From positions 1 through 64,000 of IMG/VR virus record IMGVR_UViG_3300032325_000464: a DNA stretch of 64,000 bases. One strand, written 5' to 3'. The translations under genes were made by a program, and so were the position numbers. Origin of the DNA: a virus. The notes under the pieces were generated by a model that searched no databases, had not been told where the DNA came from, and worked only from the letters and a program-made list of their open reading frames with translations. Below are positions 31,829-42,686 of the stretch, in pieces; the first letter of the stretch is position 1; the number at the start of each line of letters is the position of its first letter.

Positions 31829-34800
31829 TTATACTGCTGATATTGTTTGTGTTTGCCAAGAAATATCCTTTAACACGTTATACTCATAAGACTTTAGCGT
31901 CAATGGTCTTGTATCATCAACAATTATTTTGTTAGTTCCAGTATAGGTTTTGTATATGTCTGACGGATCAACTCCGTAGTAGCTTCTTGAAGAAAGTATC
32001 AGAACTCCATTCCAAATATATGATGTATCCCAATATTCCCAGTCAAAGTCTAATGATCCAGAGGTTTTAACCTTTATCCATGGCCTTGAGGTAATCTGCT
32101 GCACCTCTTGTAGGTTTGTTGATTGATAGTGAGAAAGCATATTTATTAAAATTGGACCAGATATTCTTAAAAATCCTATGTAATTATTTAAATTAAGAGT
32201 ATTAGAAAAGCTGATTCCAAGCATACCCCACTGTTTCACAGTTATGTTTGGCTCTTTTACAATTTTCCCATTCCAGTAAAAAGCTATTCCATTCTCAAGC
32301 AGTCCAGTCTTAGCATTAACTGCATAAATTTTTGCTCTTTTGCCGCCTGGATGGTTGGCCACTAGATAAAACTTTAGCAATGATCCCCTTGACTCAATTT
32401 GAAAAATTTCTGTTGGGGCAAATGGGAAGAAGTCTTCGTCGTATCTTATAGCCATTTGAGAGGCTATTATCTTATAGTCTGACGACCTACCCTCATTTAA
32501 TGGTATTGATAGGCCACGGTCTACTAGGGGATCGTAGTCGCCCCTTACCTGTATGCCACTTGTTCTTGTAAGATATAGGTAAGGAGAGCTTCCTTTATAA
32601 ATACTAAATGGGTTTCTGCTCTTGTAGTCATAGTAAACTCCAGACTTCTTGTATGGATATATTTTTGTTCCAAACCTGGTTCCAACCCCTACTGGGGTAG
32701 TGTCATTAAGTGCCTGGGACGAGTACTGAAGCTTTTTAATCTTAATTGGGTTATAACTTAAACCATCTACAATAAACTCTATATGGGTTACTAGAGCCAA
32801 CTCACTAAAGTTAACCCCAGACGGTGGATAAATTATCATATTGTCTACTACCTCATATTTTGTGCTAGACCAGTCTTCTAGAGAGCTTCCTGGAATAATT
32901 ACCCCATTTTTAGGTGCAGGTATTGTGCTTGTAAAGTATTCAGAAGACTCGTTAGCTCCGTTTTTTAAATACTGAAAAGTTATGTATGTCTTTACTAGTG
33001 ATGAAGATGTGTCATAGCTGTAGGACTTGATTGCTTTATTTTTTAGATCAAGGTAGTCCTGATATCCAGTAAACAACTGATTATCTAAAGAAGAGTATGT
33101 TCTTTGTACTGGAACAGCATATTGCGATTGTAGCTGATCGTAGGTCCATGAACTGGATGTTTCGTCTTCAGAAAATATTGATGGTGCTGGGTAGTTTATA
33201 TTAAACTGAATAAAGTCCAGCTCGTATCTAGATTGATTGTTTGCGTCTGTTACATATTTGGCAAAATAGCTAAGTGGAATGTAGTCTTCCCAATAAGAGT
33301 CTGCAGAAATATCTAGCACAAAATTGCCAAAATATGATTTGGGAGATATGGTGTAGCTTGCAATATGTGGCTGTAGGTTAGCTGTTGCTATTGTTGCTGG
33401 AGTTCCACCATCATAAAGAATAGTCCAAAATGTTGTTGATGCCTCCCCGCCGTCGAGCTCTAATCCATCCAGCAAATACTGAAGGTCTTGCTGATCAACA
33501 ACTATACCTCTATTGCTAAACAGGTGAGATATTTTCTTGAGGTTTCTTTTAGTACAAAATCCAACATTATATATATGGCCCAAGAATGTTTTGTCAAATT
33601 CTTTATTTCCACCAACAGACATGCTTAAGAGTGACTTTTTTCCAAAAAATGATGCAAGGTTGCCGCCAAAATAACTAACAAATGACTGTATATTTATACC
33701 AACAGAAAAGTCTTCACCAAGATAATGTTTTTGCGCTCTATAGATTATCTCTTCTTGTGAATTAAAATATAAAATATAATCTATCGAGTCTGACGCAAGT
33801 TTTATTTGAAAATAATTAGAGCTAGACACGTCATCTATCTGAAAAAGTATCTGCTCTCTATTTGCTGAATCTATTTCACGAAAAACGCCGTAGAAGCCTT
33901 TTACATCTTCTGAAAGAACACTGAGCCTATCTACCAAAACATATCCCTGAGTTTGATCCCATTGAGAGTTTGGGTATAGCGACACAAAGCTATCAGACAT
34001 TTCTGACTGGGCTAGTGCTATATCAATATTCCACTCATCCCTTGTTTTATTGTTAAATATAACTTTAGGCTCTGGCAGAGTTGGAGAAGATAGCATACCA
34101 TTATCAACAGATAGGTTTTCAACTATGGCCTGATCCCACTTACCGATATCTGGATAGCTATAGCTATTTGCATAATTTGCAAACGGATAGTCTATAAAAA
34201 CTGAGGTTCCGCTATATGCAGTATTAATGTTTTCTGGAAACTCTACGCCCTGGCCATAAATCCATCTACGCTTTAGCATTATTTGAGATGTCTTGTATGG
34301 ATATATTGCTATGCAGTCTATTTCTATTGGGGATACATCCTGATAAGAATAAAATCCAATCCAGTCCTGACTTTTACCAGAAGAATTTGTTTTATCTGGA
34401 AAATTTAAAACACTATTTGCTATATTTAATGACACTACCTCTTCGCCATTTATAAGTAAGCTAGCCGAAGATCTTGAATAATTAATATTAATAAGCATAG
34501 GCCTTTGCCATTCACCAACAAAGTAGGACCCAAAAAGATCTCCAATTTTTAAAATAATCAACGGACCGTGAACATACACCCCATCTTCAGAAGATATTGG
34601 CCCTAGGATTCTTTTTTCTATTGGACTATCTGAGCTTATTCTTAGCCATGCCTCAAAGGTATAGTCACGATACTCTCCAGATGAATTCAAAAATCCGTAT
34701 CCAGGAACAATTAAAGATGGACCAGCACTTGGAGACAAAATTGTTACGTTTGAAGCACCATAAACCATAGGCATTCCAGTATTTTTTGCTAAAAGTGCAT

Positions 34801-35533
34801 AGTCGTCAATAAAGTAATATCCAGGAGATTCCTGAATTCCATAAGCATTTGCCTCTACCACCTTGGATGCAGGGAGGGCTATAGATGATGGAAGATTTTG
34901 TTGAGCAACCCCTAGGGAAACAGAGTTAAACTCTTCTGACCATTGTCCTACAGATAGTCCATTTATTAAAAATTTATAGTCTTCTACTGAGGAGGCGCCA
35001 CCGATATAGTTAATTTTAAACAATATTCTCATTGTAGAATTATCGCTTGGAATATCAAATGTTTCTGCAATAAACATCCATTTTTGAGAAACACTTGTAT
35101 CAAATCTTTTTGTTTTTTGAACATTTTCTGCTGATACAGAGTCGTAATACTCGTATCCTATTTCTATGCTATCTAGGTATGCCCCATCAGAATAAACATA
35201 GGCTCCAATGGCAAAGGTTGAAAGATCAGAGTTTAGTAATGAAAAATTAATGCCGTCTGGTCCACCGATATTGTCTGGACTAATACATACAACCTGTCCA
35301 AAATCTTGATCAGTCAAACTTCCAGTTATTTCTGTTGTGTAACTGGCGCTAAATGGCTCGTCTACAACTGATGATTTTAAAATTGCTGAGCCACCAGAAA
35401 TATTCCAATCAGAGATGTCTCTGTCTTGCTCTGATATTAATGATACAAAGTCTGCTACGTCATCAAGTGCCCACAAAGCCAGTGGGTGTTCGCTAAATAT
35501 TTTTTCAGCATATACATTTGATGGGCTAGACAT
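31829..35533 (-). CDS. Large virion structural protein (LamG/ConA-like beta domains)
   Basis: 1234 aa; PLALWALD, YTFEAWL, SLLINGEEV, IDCIAIY. Confidence 0.65.
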   Translation of the reverse strand: MSSPSNVYAEKIFSEHPLALWALDDVADFVSLISEQDRDISDWNISGGSAILKSSVVDEPFSASYTTEITGSLTDQDFGQVVCISPDNIGGPDGINFSLLNSDLSTFAIGAYVYSDGAYLDSIEIGYEYYDSVSAENVQKTKRFDTSVSQKWMFIAETFDIPSDNSTMRILFKINYIGGASSVEDYKFLINGLSVGQWSEEFNSVSLGVAQQNLPSSIALPASKVVEANAYGIQESPGYYFIDDYALLAKNTGMPMVYGASNVTILSPSAGPSLIVPGYGFLNSSGEYRDYTFEAWLRISSDSPIEKRILGPISSEDGVYVHGPLIILKIGDLFGSYFVGEWQRPMLININYSRSSASLLINGEEVVSLNIANSVLNFPDKTNSSGKSQDWIGFYSYQDVSPIEIDCIAIYPYKTSQIMLKRRWIYGQGVEFPENINTAYSGTSVFIDYPFANYANSYSYPDIGKWDQAIVENLSVDNGMLSSPTLPEPKVIFNNKTRDEWNIDIALAQSEMSDSFVSLYPNSQWDQTQGYVLVDRLSVLSEDVKGFYGVFREIDSANREQILFQIDDVSSSNYFQIKLASDSIDYILYFNSQEEIIYRAQKHYLGEDFSVGINIQSFVSYFGGNLASFFGKKSLLSMSVGGNKEFDKTFLGHIYNVGFCTKRNLKKISHLFSNRGIVVDQQDLQYLLDGLELDGGEASTTFWTILYDGGTPATIATANLQPHIASYTISPKSYFGNFVLDISADSYWEDYIPLSYFAKYVTDANNQSRYELDFIQFNINYPAPSIFSEDETSSSWTYDQLQSQYAVPVQRTYSSLDNQLFTGYQDYLDLKNKAIKSYSYDTSSSLVKTYITFQYLKNGANESSEYFTSTIPAPKNGVIIPGSSLEDWSSTKYEVVDNMIIYPPSGVNFSELALVTHIEFIVDGLSYNPIKIKKLQYSSQALNDTTPVGVGTRFGTKIYPYKKSGVYYDYKSRNPFSIYKGSSPYLYLTRTSGIQVRGDYDPLVDRGLSIPLNEGRSSDYKIIASQMAIRYDEDFFPFAPTEIFQIESRGSLLKFYLVANHPGGKRAKIYAVNAKTGLLENGIAFYWNGKIVKEPNITVKQWGMLGISFSNTLNLNNYIGFLRISGPILINMLSHYQSTNLQEVQQITSRPWIKVKTSGSLDFDWEYWDTSYIWNGVLILSSRSYYGVDPSDIYKTYTGTNKIIVDDTRPLTLKSYEYNVLKDISWQTQTISAV

Positions 35534-35609
35534 GATAGTCTATTTTATCACACTATGAGCGAAAACCATCTAGGAATTGTATAAGCGGTCATTTATGAAT
35601 CTAATTGTC

Positions 35610-35762
35610 TTAAGAAAATGACATTGATCCGTGTGAGGAATGAGACCCATTTTTGCATCTACTACATGAGCTAAGGGTTGCCTCAGTAACAGGACATTTA
35701 GCAGTTACAATATTGTGACCACGAAAAAAGCATATTACTTTATTTTTTAGATTCTTGTTCAA
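35610..35762 (-). CDS. Small Zn-binding protein (C..GH...C..CxRC)
   Basis: Manual translation MNKNLKNKVICFFRGHNIVTAKCPVTEATLSSCSRCKNGSHSSHGSMSFS; overlaps upstream stop. Confidence 0.6.
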   Translation of the reverse strand: MNKNLKNKVICFFRGHNIVTAKCPVTEATLSSCSRCKNGSHSSHGSMSFS

Positions 35763-36403
35763 TTTAAAGGTATCCAATGCTGTTCATGCTTTATGCCTGC
35801 GCCCATTAAATCTTTGAGTGGAATTATGTCATAAGCTATTGTTATTCTAGGACCATCCCAACTCCAATCACCCATTGCATGAGGGTGTCCCATTTCTGAG
35901 AGAACTGCACGATTATCTAAATTCACGTTAGTCTTTGGACCCTGTGTAGTGATATAGTGAGTTTCTGATGGCTCTGCCTTGACGCAGTAATATCCGTGAA
36001 AATTAGGAGCACCTTCGTGACCATGCTCATGCCAATCAAGTTTCCCGCTACCTGCATGATTAATGTTAAACCATCCTTGCAACATAAATCGTTGATCTTC
36101 AAAATTTAATTCATAATATTCGCAGGCTTCACGAACCATTTGCCCAACGGCCTTATATAATGAATAGATTTCCTTGGTATGGAATTGAAAAACATTATAC
36201 TGTGACCACTTCATTGTAGAAATGCTTCCAGATGATTTCCAAACTTCATTATCTGTTTCTGGAGTCACACCGATAATTTCTGCATTTTTTATTAATTCAT
36301 ATCTTTTTGTTAAATCATTCGATAACTTTTCTAGATTATTATCTAGAAAATATTCAAAGAATTTATGTGGCTGTGATGATTTACTTACTGGTGCTAAACT
36401 CAT
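35759..36403 (-). CDS. 2OG-Fe(II) oxygenase family protein
   Basis: WFNIN, WHEH, GYYCV, HPH, RITIAYD double-stranded beta-helix motifs. Confidence 0.75.
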   Translation of the reverse strand: MSLAPVSKSSQPHKFFEYFLDNNLEKLSNDLTKRYELIKNAEIIGVTPETDNEVWKSSGSISTMKWSQYNVFQFHTKEIYSLYKAVGQMVREACEYYELNFEDQRFMLQGWFNINHAGSGKLDWHEHGHEGAPNFHGYYCVKAEPSETHYITTQGPKTNVNLDNRAVLSEMGHPHAMGDWSWDGPRITIAYDIIPLKDLMGAGIKHEQHWIPLN

Positions 36404-36485
36404 TATTTTCCCATCTGTAATAATATTGCTTTTTCTATAACAATATTATACACCATACGGAGATAATTACAAAAGGTATTTTATT

Positions 36486-37163
36486 TTAGAAAAAATAGAA
36501 ATAGGCTGGTGCAAAACCAAATACACCAAAGAAGCTAAATACCGAAAATGGAACAAAAGAGAATGTTGTAACGCTTGGAGATGCGGCTGATGCCAGAGAT
36601 CTACCATTAGCATTATCTGCATAAACAGTATATGTTTGTGCAGTTCCTGCCTCCTGACCAACATTTTTTGTTGTTGTTGCACTATTGTCAACTTTTCCAT
36701 CAGACGATGTTATGTAGTAATTAGTTATTGCCTTACCACCATTAGCGCCTGCCGTCCAAGAAACAGTGTCATAGTTAGCTCCTCCTGGAGACGTTGCAGT
36801 AACTGAAGTTGGTGCTGCTGGAACAGTTGTTGCTGTTACTGAAGAGGATGCTGAAGATGTTCCAGAAACTCCCTGAGCATTTGCTGCAGTTACAGTAAAA
36901 GTATACGCAGTATCTGACTGTAGTCCTTCGACCGTTAAAGGCGAAGCTGAGCCAGATGCAGTGTATGATCCTGGTGAAGATGTAACTGTATAGCTAGTTG
37001 CTGCTGGTGAGTTAGCAGGCAAAGAGAATGATACTGATGCTGCTCCATTGTTAAATGCTCTTGATGTTCCGACATCTGTAGCCACAACGTTTATTGGGGT
37101 AGCTGGTTGCAAAAAGTCGTTTTGTGCAAGAGACTTTTTACCTACTCTTTTATTTGCTGCCAT
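36486..37163 (-). CDS. Two-FN3-domain virion protein with Phe-rich tail
   Basis: GLQSDTAYTFTVTAANAQG, VSWTAGANGGKAITNY. Confidence 0.8.
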   Translation of the reverse strand: MAANKRVGKKSLAQNDFLQPATPINVVATDVGTSRAFNNGAASVSFSLPANSPAATSYTVTSSPGSYTASGSASPLTVEGLQSDTAYTFTVTAANAQGVSGTSSASSSVTATTVPAAPTSVTATSPGGANYDTVSWTAGANGGKAITNYYITSSDGKVDNSATTTKNVGQEAGTAQTYTVYADNANGRSLASAASPSVTTFSFVPFSVFSFFGVFGFAPAYFYFF

Positions 37164-37185
37164 TTATTATATTCCCCTTCTAGGA

Positions 37186-38586
37186 TTAAGCTGATAGATC
37201 TCCGAAAACAACCCAAGTGTTTTCAGCTCTCTTGAATAATGTAGCAGATGACCACTGGGTACGTAGTTTTAGACCTGGAGTAGCGTTAACTGTAACTCCA
37301 CCTGCACCTGCGATAGTAACCTGTCCAGCACCTGTCTGTAGGATATCAATAGACGTTCCTACTGGGTATGCAACAGATGAATTTGTAGGGATAGTAATAG
37401 TAACCCCTGAAGCCGAAGAGACCTCTACGAGCTTGTCACGGTCTGTGAGGACTGTTGTGTAAGCAGATGTCTTCTGATTGATTTCAGTAAGTGATGGTAC
37501 ACCCTGCTTAACCTGGGTTCCGTCAGCATATTCGATTCCGCCTACCTTTAGAGTATCGTAAACAGCCTGTGAGAAGTTAACTGTAGTTGTTGGCTCATCC
37601 TCAACGCTTGAGAATAGCTTCCAAACACCATCAGAGGCGTCACGAACGATACCTGCATGCTGGTATGAACCATTGTTGAATGATGAAACAAGACCAAGGT
37701 CTACAATGTTTGCCTCGTTTCCTTCACCGATATAGATCAGTGGGTCAGTTACAACTAGGTCTGTTGCGTTAACAGTAGTTGTAGTTCCGCCAACAGTTAG
37801 ATCTCCAGTAATAGAGATATCTCCAGCTGCTAGTGTACCAGTAAATGTTGGGTTAGCTAGTGGTGCCTTTGCATCTAGCTGAGTCTGAATAGCTGATGTA
37901 ACTCCATCAACATAGTTTAGTTCTGTAACTGTTAGGGTAGCGCCATCAAGAATATTTAGTTCTCCTGCTGAAGCAGTTACGTCAATAATGTCTGCTGCAT
38001 TTACTGTTACGGTATTATTTGCTGCAGAAATTGTCTTTCCAGTAAGTGTCTGAGTTCCAGTTAGAGTTACCAAAGCTGAGGTGTCTGAGATACCGTGAAC
38101 ATCTGTAGTGTCTGCTGCGTGAGTAGATACATATCCAGAAGCAGTAGTTTCTGCACCAGATTTAGCATTATTAGCCTTTGTAGTTGCATCTAGCGCTGCT
38201 GCAGAAGCAGTGGATGTGTCACCGCCAGAGATAGCAGTTGAAAGAACAGTGTAAACTTTGCTAAGGGTATTGATTGTATCCCCTGCACCACCACGAACGT
38301 CGTTGAGGATTGCGGTACCATTTGCAACTGGAACCTGTCCACTTGAATTTAGTGGTGCAACACCGCTATTGGCACCAACCGAAGTTAGCAGAACATAGTC
38401 ATCTAGATTGCCACCAAGGTCTTCTAGGTTCTTAAAGTATGAAAGGTCTGCCCAGTGATTGGTTCCGTCACCAATCTTGAACTGACCAGTATCTGATTCA
38501 AATCCGATTTCACCAGCAGCGAGAATTGGATCTGCTGTTGTCCACTGAGAGGCTGTTCCTCTTCTTTGCTGCATTCTTGTTGCCAT
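37186..38586 (-). CDS. Tail fibre/appendage protein
   Basis: RRGTASQW..PILAAGEIGFESDTG.FKIGDG N-terminal module; fibre repeats; WVVFGDLSA end. Confidence 0.8.
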   Translation of the reverse strand: MATRMQQRRGTASQWTTADPILAAGEIGFESDTGQFKIGDGTNHWADLSYFKNLEDLGGNLDDYVLLTSVGANSGVAPLNSSGQVPVANGTAILNDVRGGAGDTINTLSKVYTVLSTAISGGDTSTASAAALDATTKANNAKSGAETTASGYVSTHAADTTDVHGISDTSALVTLTGTQTLTGKTISAANNTVTVNAADIIDVTASAGELNILDGATLTVTELNYVDGVTSAIQTQLDAKAPLANPTFTGTLAAGDISITGDLTVGGTTTTVNATDLVVTDPLIYIGEGNEANIVDLGLVSSFNNGSYQHAGIVRDASDGVWKLFSSVEDEPTTTVNFSQAVYDTLKVGGIEYADGTQVKQGVPSLTEINQKTSAYTTVLTDRDKLVEVSSASGVTITIPTNSSVAYPVGTSIDILQTGAGQVTIAGAGGVTVNATPGLKLRTQWSSATLFKRAENTWVVFGDLSA

Positions 38587-38651
38587 GGTAATTGTCTCCT
38601 AATTGGGTTGGGGTGTTTCCCTTTTATAATTATAACATCTATTTTAGATGA

Positions 38652-39251
38652 TTAATTAAAGTTGTCTATTGCAAGACCTCCATCATAGGAGTTATCCCAT
38701 GATTCGGTATTGTAAAATCCTGCTGAAACTAGAGATCCATCTGTATTTAGATAAAACCCAGAATCTACAAAAGTCGATACAACCATTCCATTTCCGCCAA
38801 TTGACGTGTCATGGATGTGTTGAGGTATTTCAGTAATTCCTGCGTCCGTAAGGTTTGCAAGAATAAACCATTGATTGTTATAAAAAACCGAAAGTCTGTT
38901 GGTTTCGGTATTAAAGTAAAGATCTCCATTTTGTCCAGTTTCAGGGGCTGTAGGATAAGTTCCTACAACGCTAGCAACGCCGATGCCACCTGCATCTATG
39001 ATGGCATTCCATGAGATTGTTCCTGGGGTGCCGCCGTCATAGGTATCATCCCATGATTCGGTATCTGCAAATCCTGCATCTTTATAGAGTACACCCTGAA
39101 CGGCAGCGTTAACCTGGGTATCTACATATAGCTTAGTTGTTGCTTCATTAGAAAATTGAGCCTCGGCAATCTGAACAGTACCGCCAAAGCGACCACCTGC
39201 TGCTACCAGCAGTCCATTTTTGACCTTAAAGTCTTTTTCGACCGATGCCAT
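38652..39251 (-). CDS. Virion fibre-associated protein
   Basis: KDFKVKNGL, ATTKLYVD, GDLYFNT, repeated W..YDGG. Confidence 0.65.
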   Translation of the reverse strand: MASVEKDFKVKNGLLVAAGGRFGGTVQIAEAQFSNEATTKLYVDTQVNAAVQGVLYKDAGFADTESWDDTYDGGTPGTISWNAIIDAGGIGVASVVGTYPTAPETGQNGDLYFNTETNRLSVFYNNQWFILANLTDAGITEIPQHIHDTSIGGNGMVVSTFVDSGFYLNTDGSLVSAGFYNTESWDNSYDGGLAIDNFN

Positions 39252-39280
39252 CTAATTCTCCTAATTAAAACTTTTTGAGT

Positions 39281-39307
39281 GGGGGGGGTTTTTAAGGAAC
39301 CCCCCCA
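39281..39307 (-). terminator. Probable terminator after 753-aa fibre gene
   Basis: G-run/C-run hairpin GGGGGGGTT..AACCCCCCC. Confidence 0.55.
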
Positions 39308-39323
39308 TAAACCTTTAATTCAA

Positions 39324-41585
39324 TTATACTAGCAATGTTCCAACAACAGTAACTGTAGAGCTATTGTTGGCAGTTGTTGCTAGCAGTCTTACGTTTGAGC
39401 CTGAAATATCTGCTGAAATTGTTGATGCTGAACCATTGGTTCCAACAATTCCATACTCGGTGATTGCAATGTTGTCTGAGGTATCTAGGGTCAAAAGAAC
39501 CTTGGAAATCTCTGTGTGGGTTCCGTATGCAACCTTAACCAGGAATTCTGCTGAACGGTATTCTGCCTTAGCAAAAGAGTAAGCTGTCTGAATACCTGCA
39601 GTTGGTGCTGAAAGAGTTGCTGCGACCTGCTTAGCAACTGAGTTTAGCTCAACTGCATCAAAGTCTGGAACAACTGCCTCAAGAGCGGTTACTGCACGAG
39701 CATTTGTAAAGTAAAGGTTTGTACCTTCTGCAAGATCAGTGGTTGTAGAATCTGCAACACCGTTTTCTGCAGTAATTGTAAGTCCTGAACCATTGCCAGT
39801 GATAGTAATGTTAGTCTTTGAAGCACCAGTCAACAACTCAGCAGCTGCAGTCTTAGCACGAGCAGCTGTAAAGTACTCATTAGTACCCTCTTCAATAACT
39901 GTGGTAGTCAGTGCGTCAATTGCTGTTGTGATGTTTGCAGGTGTAGCCTTGGCATCCAACTGAGTCTGGATAGCAGAGGTTACGCCATCTACATAGTTAA
40001 GCTCTACTGTAGAAGCAGTAATACCATCAAGTACGTTTAGCTCAGATGCTGATGCAGTCAAGTCAGAAACATCTGCAACCACAACAGTGATGTCGTTGCT
40101 TGCAGTGTTAATTGTCTTGTTGATTAGTGTCTCTGTCTTAGATGCAGTTGACTTATCGTCCAACTGTGTCTGGATTGCAGAGGTAACTCCATTAAGGTAA
40201 CCAATTTCAGTGTCTGTTACATCTGCCACACGGGTCTGAGTAATTGCTGTGTCAATTGTAAAGGTGTTACCAGTTAGAGTCAGACCATTGCCTGCTAGGA
40301 ATGTTCCAGCACCAGAGAACTGAGTAAAGCTAATTGCATCTGTACCGATTATAGCTGGCTTGTTTGTCTGTACCCATCCAGTACTTGCGTTTACTGTACC
40401 TGAGTATACGAATATAAAGTCACCGCCGTCAACTTCTTGTGCGGTGTCAAAATCAGTTGCACGAGTTGGTTGACCCGAAGCCTGAACAACGTAGATACCG
40501 TTTTCTGAAGCGGTTGTCTGATTCTTGACAAGAACACGGTTGCCAGTAGCAAGAGTAATTCCGTCAAGAACGTCTCCATTTTCAAGAGCATTTGCAAGGT
40601 TAACGTTTGCAGTTGTTGCTGCAATTGCAGCCTCATGAATGTGAAGACCCTCTGATACTGAGTCTACATATGCCTTTGTTGCTGCGTCAGCTGAATCTGT
40701 TGGTGTGCCAAGACCAGTGATCTTGTTTGTGCCCATTGCAATGGCACCAGTCATGGTACCGCCAGCTAGGGCTAGCTTTGCGTCGAGCTGGGTTTGAATT
40801 GCAGAGGTTACGCCGTCAACATAATTAAGCTCAGTGGTGCTTAGAGTTGCACCATCTAGAATATTTAGCTCAGTAGCAGTAGCGGTAAGAGCAACATCCT
40901 CGTTAATCTTTGGTGAGGTTAGTGTCTTGTTAGTTAGTGTCTGAGTGTCGGTAGTTCCAACAATTGCACCAGTAACACCGTGAGTTGAAGTGTCTGACAT
41001 GTGAGTAGTCAGGTCGCCAGCAACTGCAGAAGCTGAACCATATGCATCATATGTATTTGCAGTTACAGAGATTGCACCAGTTGTATCGTTGTAGGTAAGA
41101 CCAGTTCCAACTGCGTTACCCACTGCATCTTGTGCTCTTTCGACTGTGAAGTACTCGTTTGTTCCTTCTTCAATAACGCTTGTTGTAATTGCATCTACTG
41201 CTGCAGTGATGTCTGAAGTAAGTGCTACTGTTCCAGTTGCGTTTGGAAGTGTAATTGTACGGTCTGCTGTTGGGTCTACTACTGCAAGAGTTGTTTCGTA
41301 ACCATCTGCTGTAGCACCTTCAAAAATAATGCTTTCTGTAAATACGCCAACTGCTGCTGGGTCTGACCACTCAACTCCATATGTTGCACCTGAATTTGCT
41401 GTAAGAACCTGACCATTTGTTCCAACTCCTAAAGGAGCAACTGCATCATCTGCACTACCTACAATCAAATCACCCTTGGCATTAGAAATGCCTGCTGTGA
41501 TAATTGATTTTCCATTAATGGTACCTGTGGTACCTTCTACGACTAGACCACTTTTGATCTTAAAGTCTTTATTTACTGTTGCCAT
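39324..41585 (-). CDS. Long fibre/decoration protein
   Basis: KDFKIKSGL, DAATKAYVD, RVLVKNQT..ENGIY, EGTNEYFT repeats. Confidence 0.75.
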   Translation of the reverse strand: MATVNKDFKIKSGLVVEGTTGTINGKSIITAGISNAKGDLIVGSADDAVAPLGVGTNGQVLTANSGATYGVEWSDPAAVGVFTESIIFEGATADGYETTLAVVDPTADRTITLPNATGTVALTSDITAAVDAITTSVIEEGTNEYFTVERAQDAVGNAVGTGLTYNDTTGAISVTANTYDAYGSASAVAGDLTTHMSDTSTHGVTGAIVGTTDTQTLTNKTLTSPKINEDVALTATATELNILDGATLSTTELNYVDGVTSAIQTQLDAKLALAGGTMTGAIAMGTNKITGLGTPTDSADAATKAYVDSVSEGLHIHEAAIAATTANVNLANALENGDVLDGITLATGNRVLVKNQTTASENGIYVVQASGQPTRATDFDTAQEVDGGDFIFVYSGTVNASTGWVQTNKPAIIGTDAISFTQFSGAGTFLAGNGLTLTGNTFTIDTAITQTRVADVTDTEIGYLNGVTSAIQTQLDDKSTASKTETLINKTINTASNDITVVVADVSDLTASASELNVLDGITASTVELNYVDGVTSAIQTQLDAKATPANITTAIDALTTTVIEEGTNEYFTAARAKTAAAELLTGASKTNITITGNGSGLTITAENGVADSTTTDLAEGTNLYFTNARAVTALEAVVPDFDAVELNSVAKQVAATLSAPTAGIQTAYSFAKAEYRSAEFLVKVAYGTHTEISKVLLTLDTSDNIAITEYGIVGTNGSASTISADISGSNVRLLATTANNSSTVTVVGTLLV

Positions 41586-41604
41586 TTTTATCTCCTAGGG
41601 TTAA

Positions 41605-42051
41605 TTAAGCCTTGAGTCCAATACGAGCAAATCGTACTGTGACTGGCTTTATGATTGAGTCTGGGGTAACAGTTAAAGCAACTGTATTCCCAGCTCTAGA
41701 GACGCTAACGGTGCCAATATTCCCATCGTTGTCTATTGTTCCATACTCAGAGACGTTAACATTTGTTCCGTCTACAAGAATGGTAAGTTCGGTTGCATAG
41801 AATTTGTTATCCCCTGCTGATGTTTTTGAAATTGAAACAAGGTACTTAACCATACGCCATACAGTTGCATCAAATGAGTCAATAACTGTTGGGTTCTCGA
41901 CACCGCTAATGGTGTTTTCGTTATTACCAAAAGTACCCAAATCAGTTGATTGGGCAGATGAGGTATCAATAAGATCTACATAGTCCTGTTCTTCAGGACG
42001 GTCGCCAGTTTGAAACTTGTTTTTTACATAAGATAGGGTTTGTCTAGACAT
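41605..42051 (-). CDS. Virion structural protein
   Basis: FQTGDRP..DYVDLID; C-terminal domain resembles end of the 753-aa fibre (EYG). Confidence 0.6.
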   Translation of the reverse strand: MSRQTLSYVKNKFQTGDRPEEQDYVDLIDTSSAQSTDLGTFGNNENTISGVENPTVIDSFDATVWRMVKYLVSISKTSAGDNKFYATELTILVDGTNVNVSEYGTIDNDGNIGTVSVSRAGNTVALTVTPDSIIKPVTVRFARIGLKA

Positions 42052-42075
42052 GTAATAATTATATCAGCTTTTATT

Positions 42076-42300
42076 CTACATTACATAATTGTTTACGCCA
42101 ATAACGGCAATGCCAATTGGGGCTGGCTGTGAGGAGCCATAGCTTGTAATTCCAATATTTATAAACTTAACCTTAAATGGCAAAGTGTGACTAATTTTTA
42201 CATTGCCAGACTTATACTTTATTTTTGAGTTAAAAAAATCTGCTAGCTTTATTGACCTAGTTATATGTTTTGTCTTATTGCTAATTACTGCCTTGGACAT
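42076..42300 (-). CDS. Small basic protein
   Basis: Coupled ORF; APIGIAVIG end. Confidence 0.6.
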   Translation of the reverse strand: MSKAVISNKTKHITRSIKLADFFNSKIKYKSGNVKISHTLPFKVKFINIGITSYGSSQPAPIGIAVIGVNNYVM

Positions 42301-42686
42301 TAATCAGTCACGTCTTCAATAATTATCATTTTACCCTGGGCAACTGTCCAAACAGTGCCAGGCTGAGATAGTTGGATATCGAAAATGTCTCCTGTTTGCA
42401 AAATCAAAGACTGTGATGCAGTAAGTGATACTGTAAACTCTCCAGCTAAATCATCTGGGTCGGCAACTGGCGAAAGCGTTAAGACTACTGTGGCATCGTC
42501 AGTTATAATTCCAAGATTTTTTGCAAGGTTTGGACGCTTGACCTTCATAGAAATTGTCCAGTCTGAAATTGTCAGTGCTGATTTTGCATCGTCTGTTACA
42601 TATACCTTGAATGCTGCGGTATCTCCACGAACTACGGTCCATGCTACTTGTGGCGGTACGTTGCCAACGCTATATCCTCTAGCCAT
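42300..42686 (-). CDS. BppU-N-like virion adaptor domain protein
   Basis: RGDT..FDIQL..TVAQG..DVT; paralogs at 48497 and 51345. Confidence 0.6.
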   Translation of the reverse strand: MARGYSVGNVPPQVAWTVVRGDTAAFKVYVTDDAKSALTISDWTISMKVKRPNLAKNLGIITDDATVVLTLSPVADPDDLAGEFTVSLTASQSLILQTGDIFDIQLSQPGTVWTVAQGKMIIIEDVTD

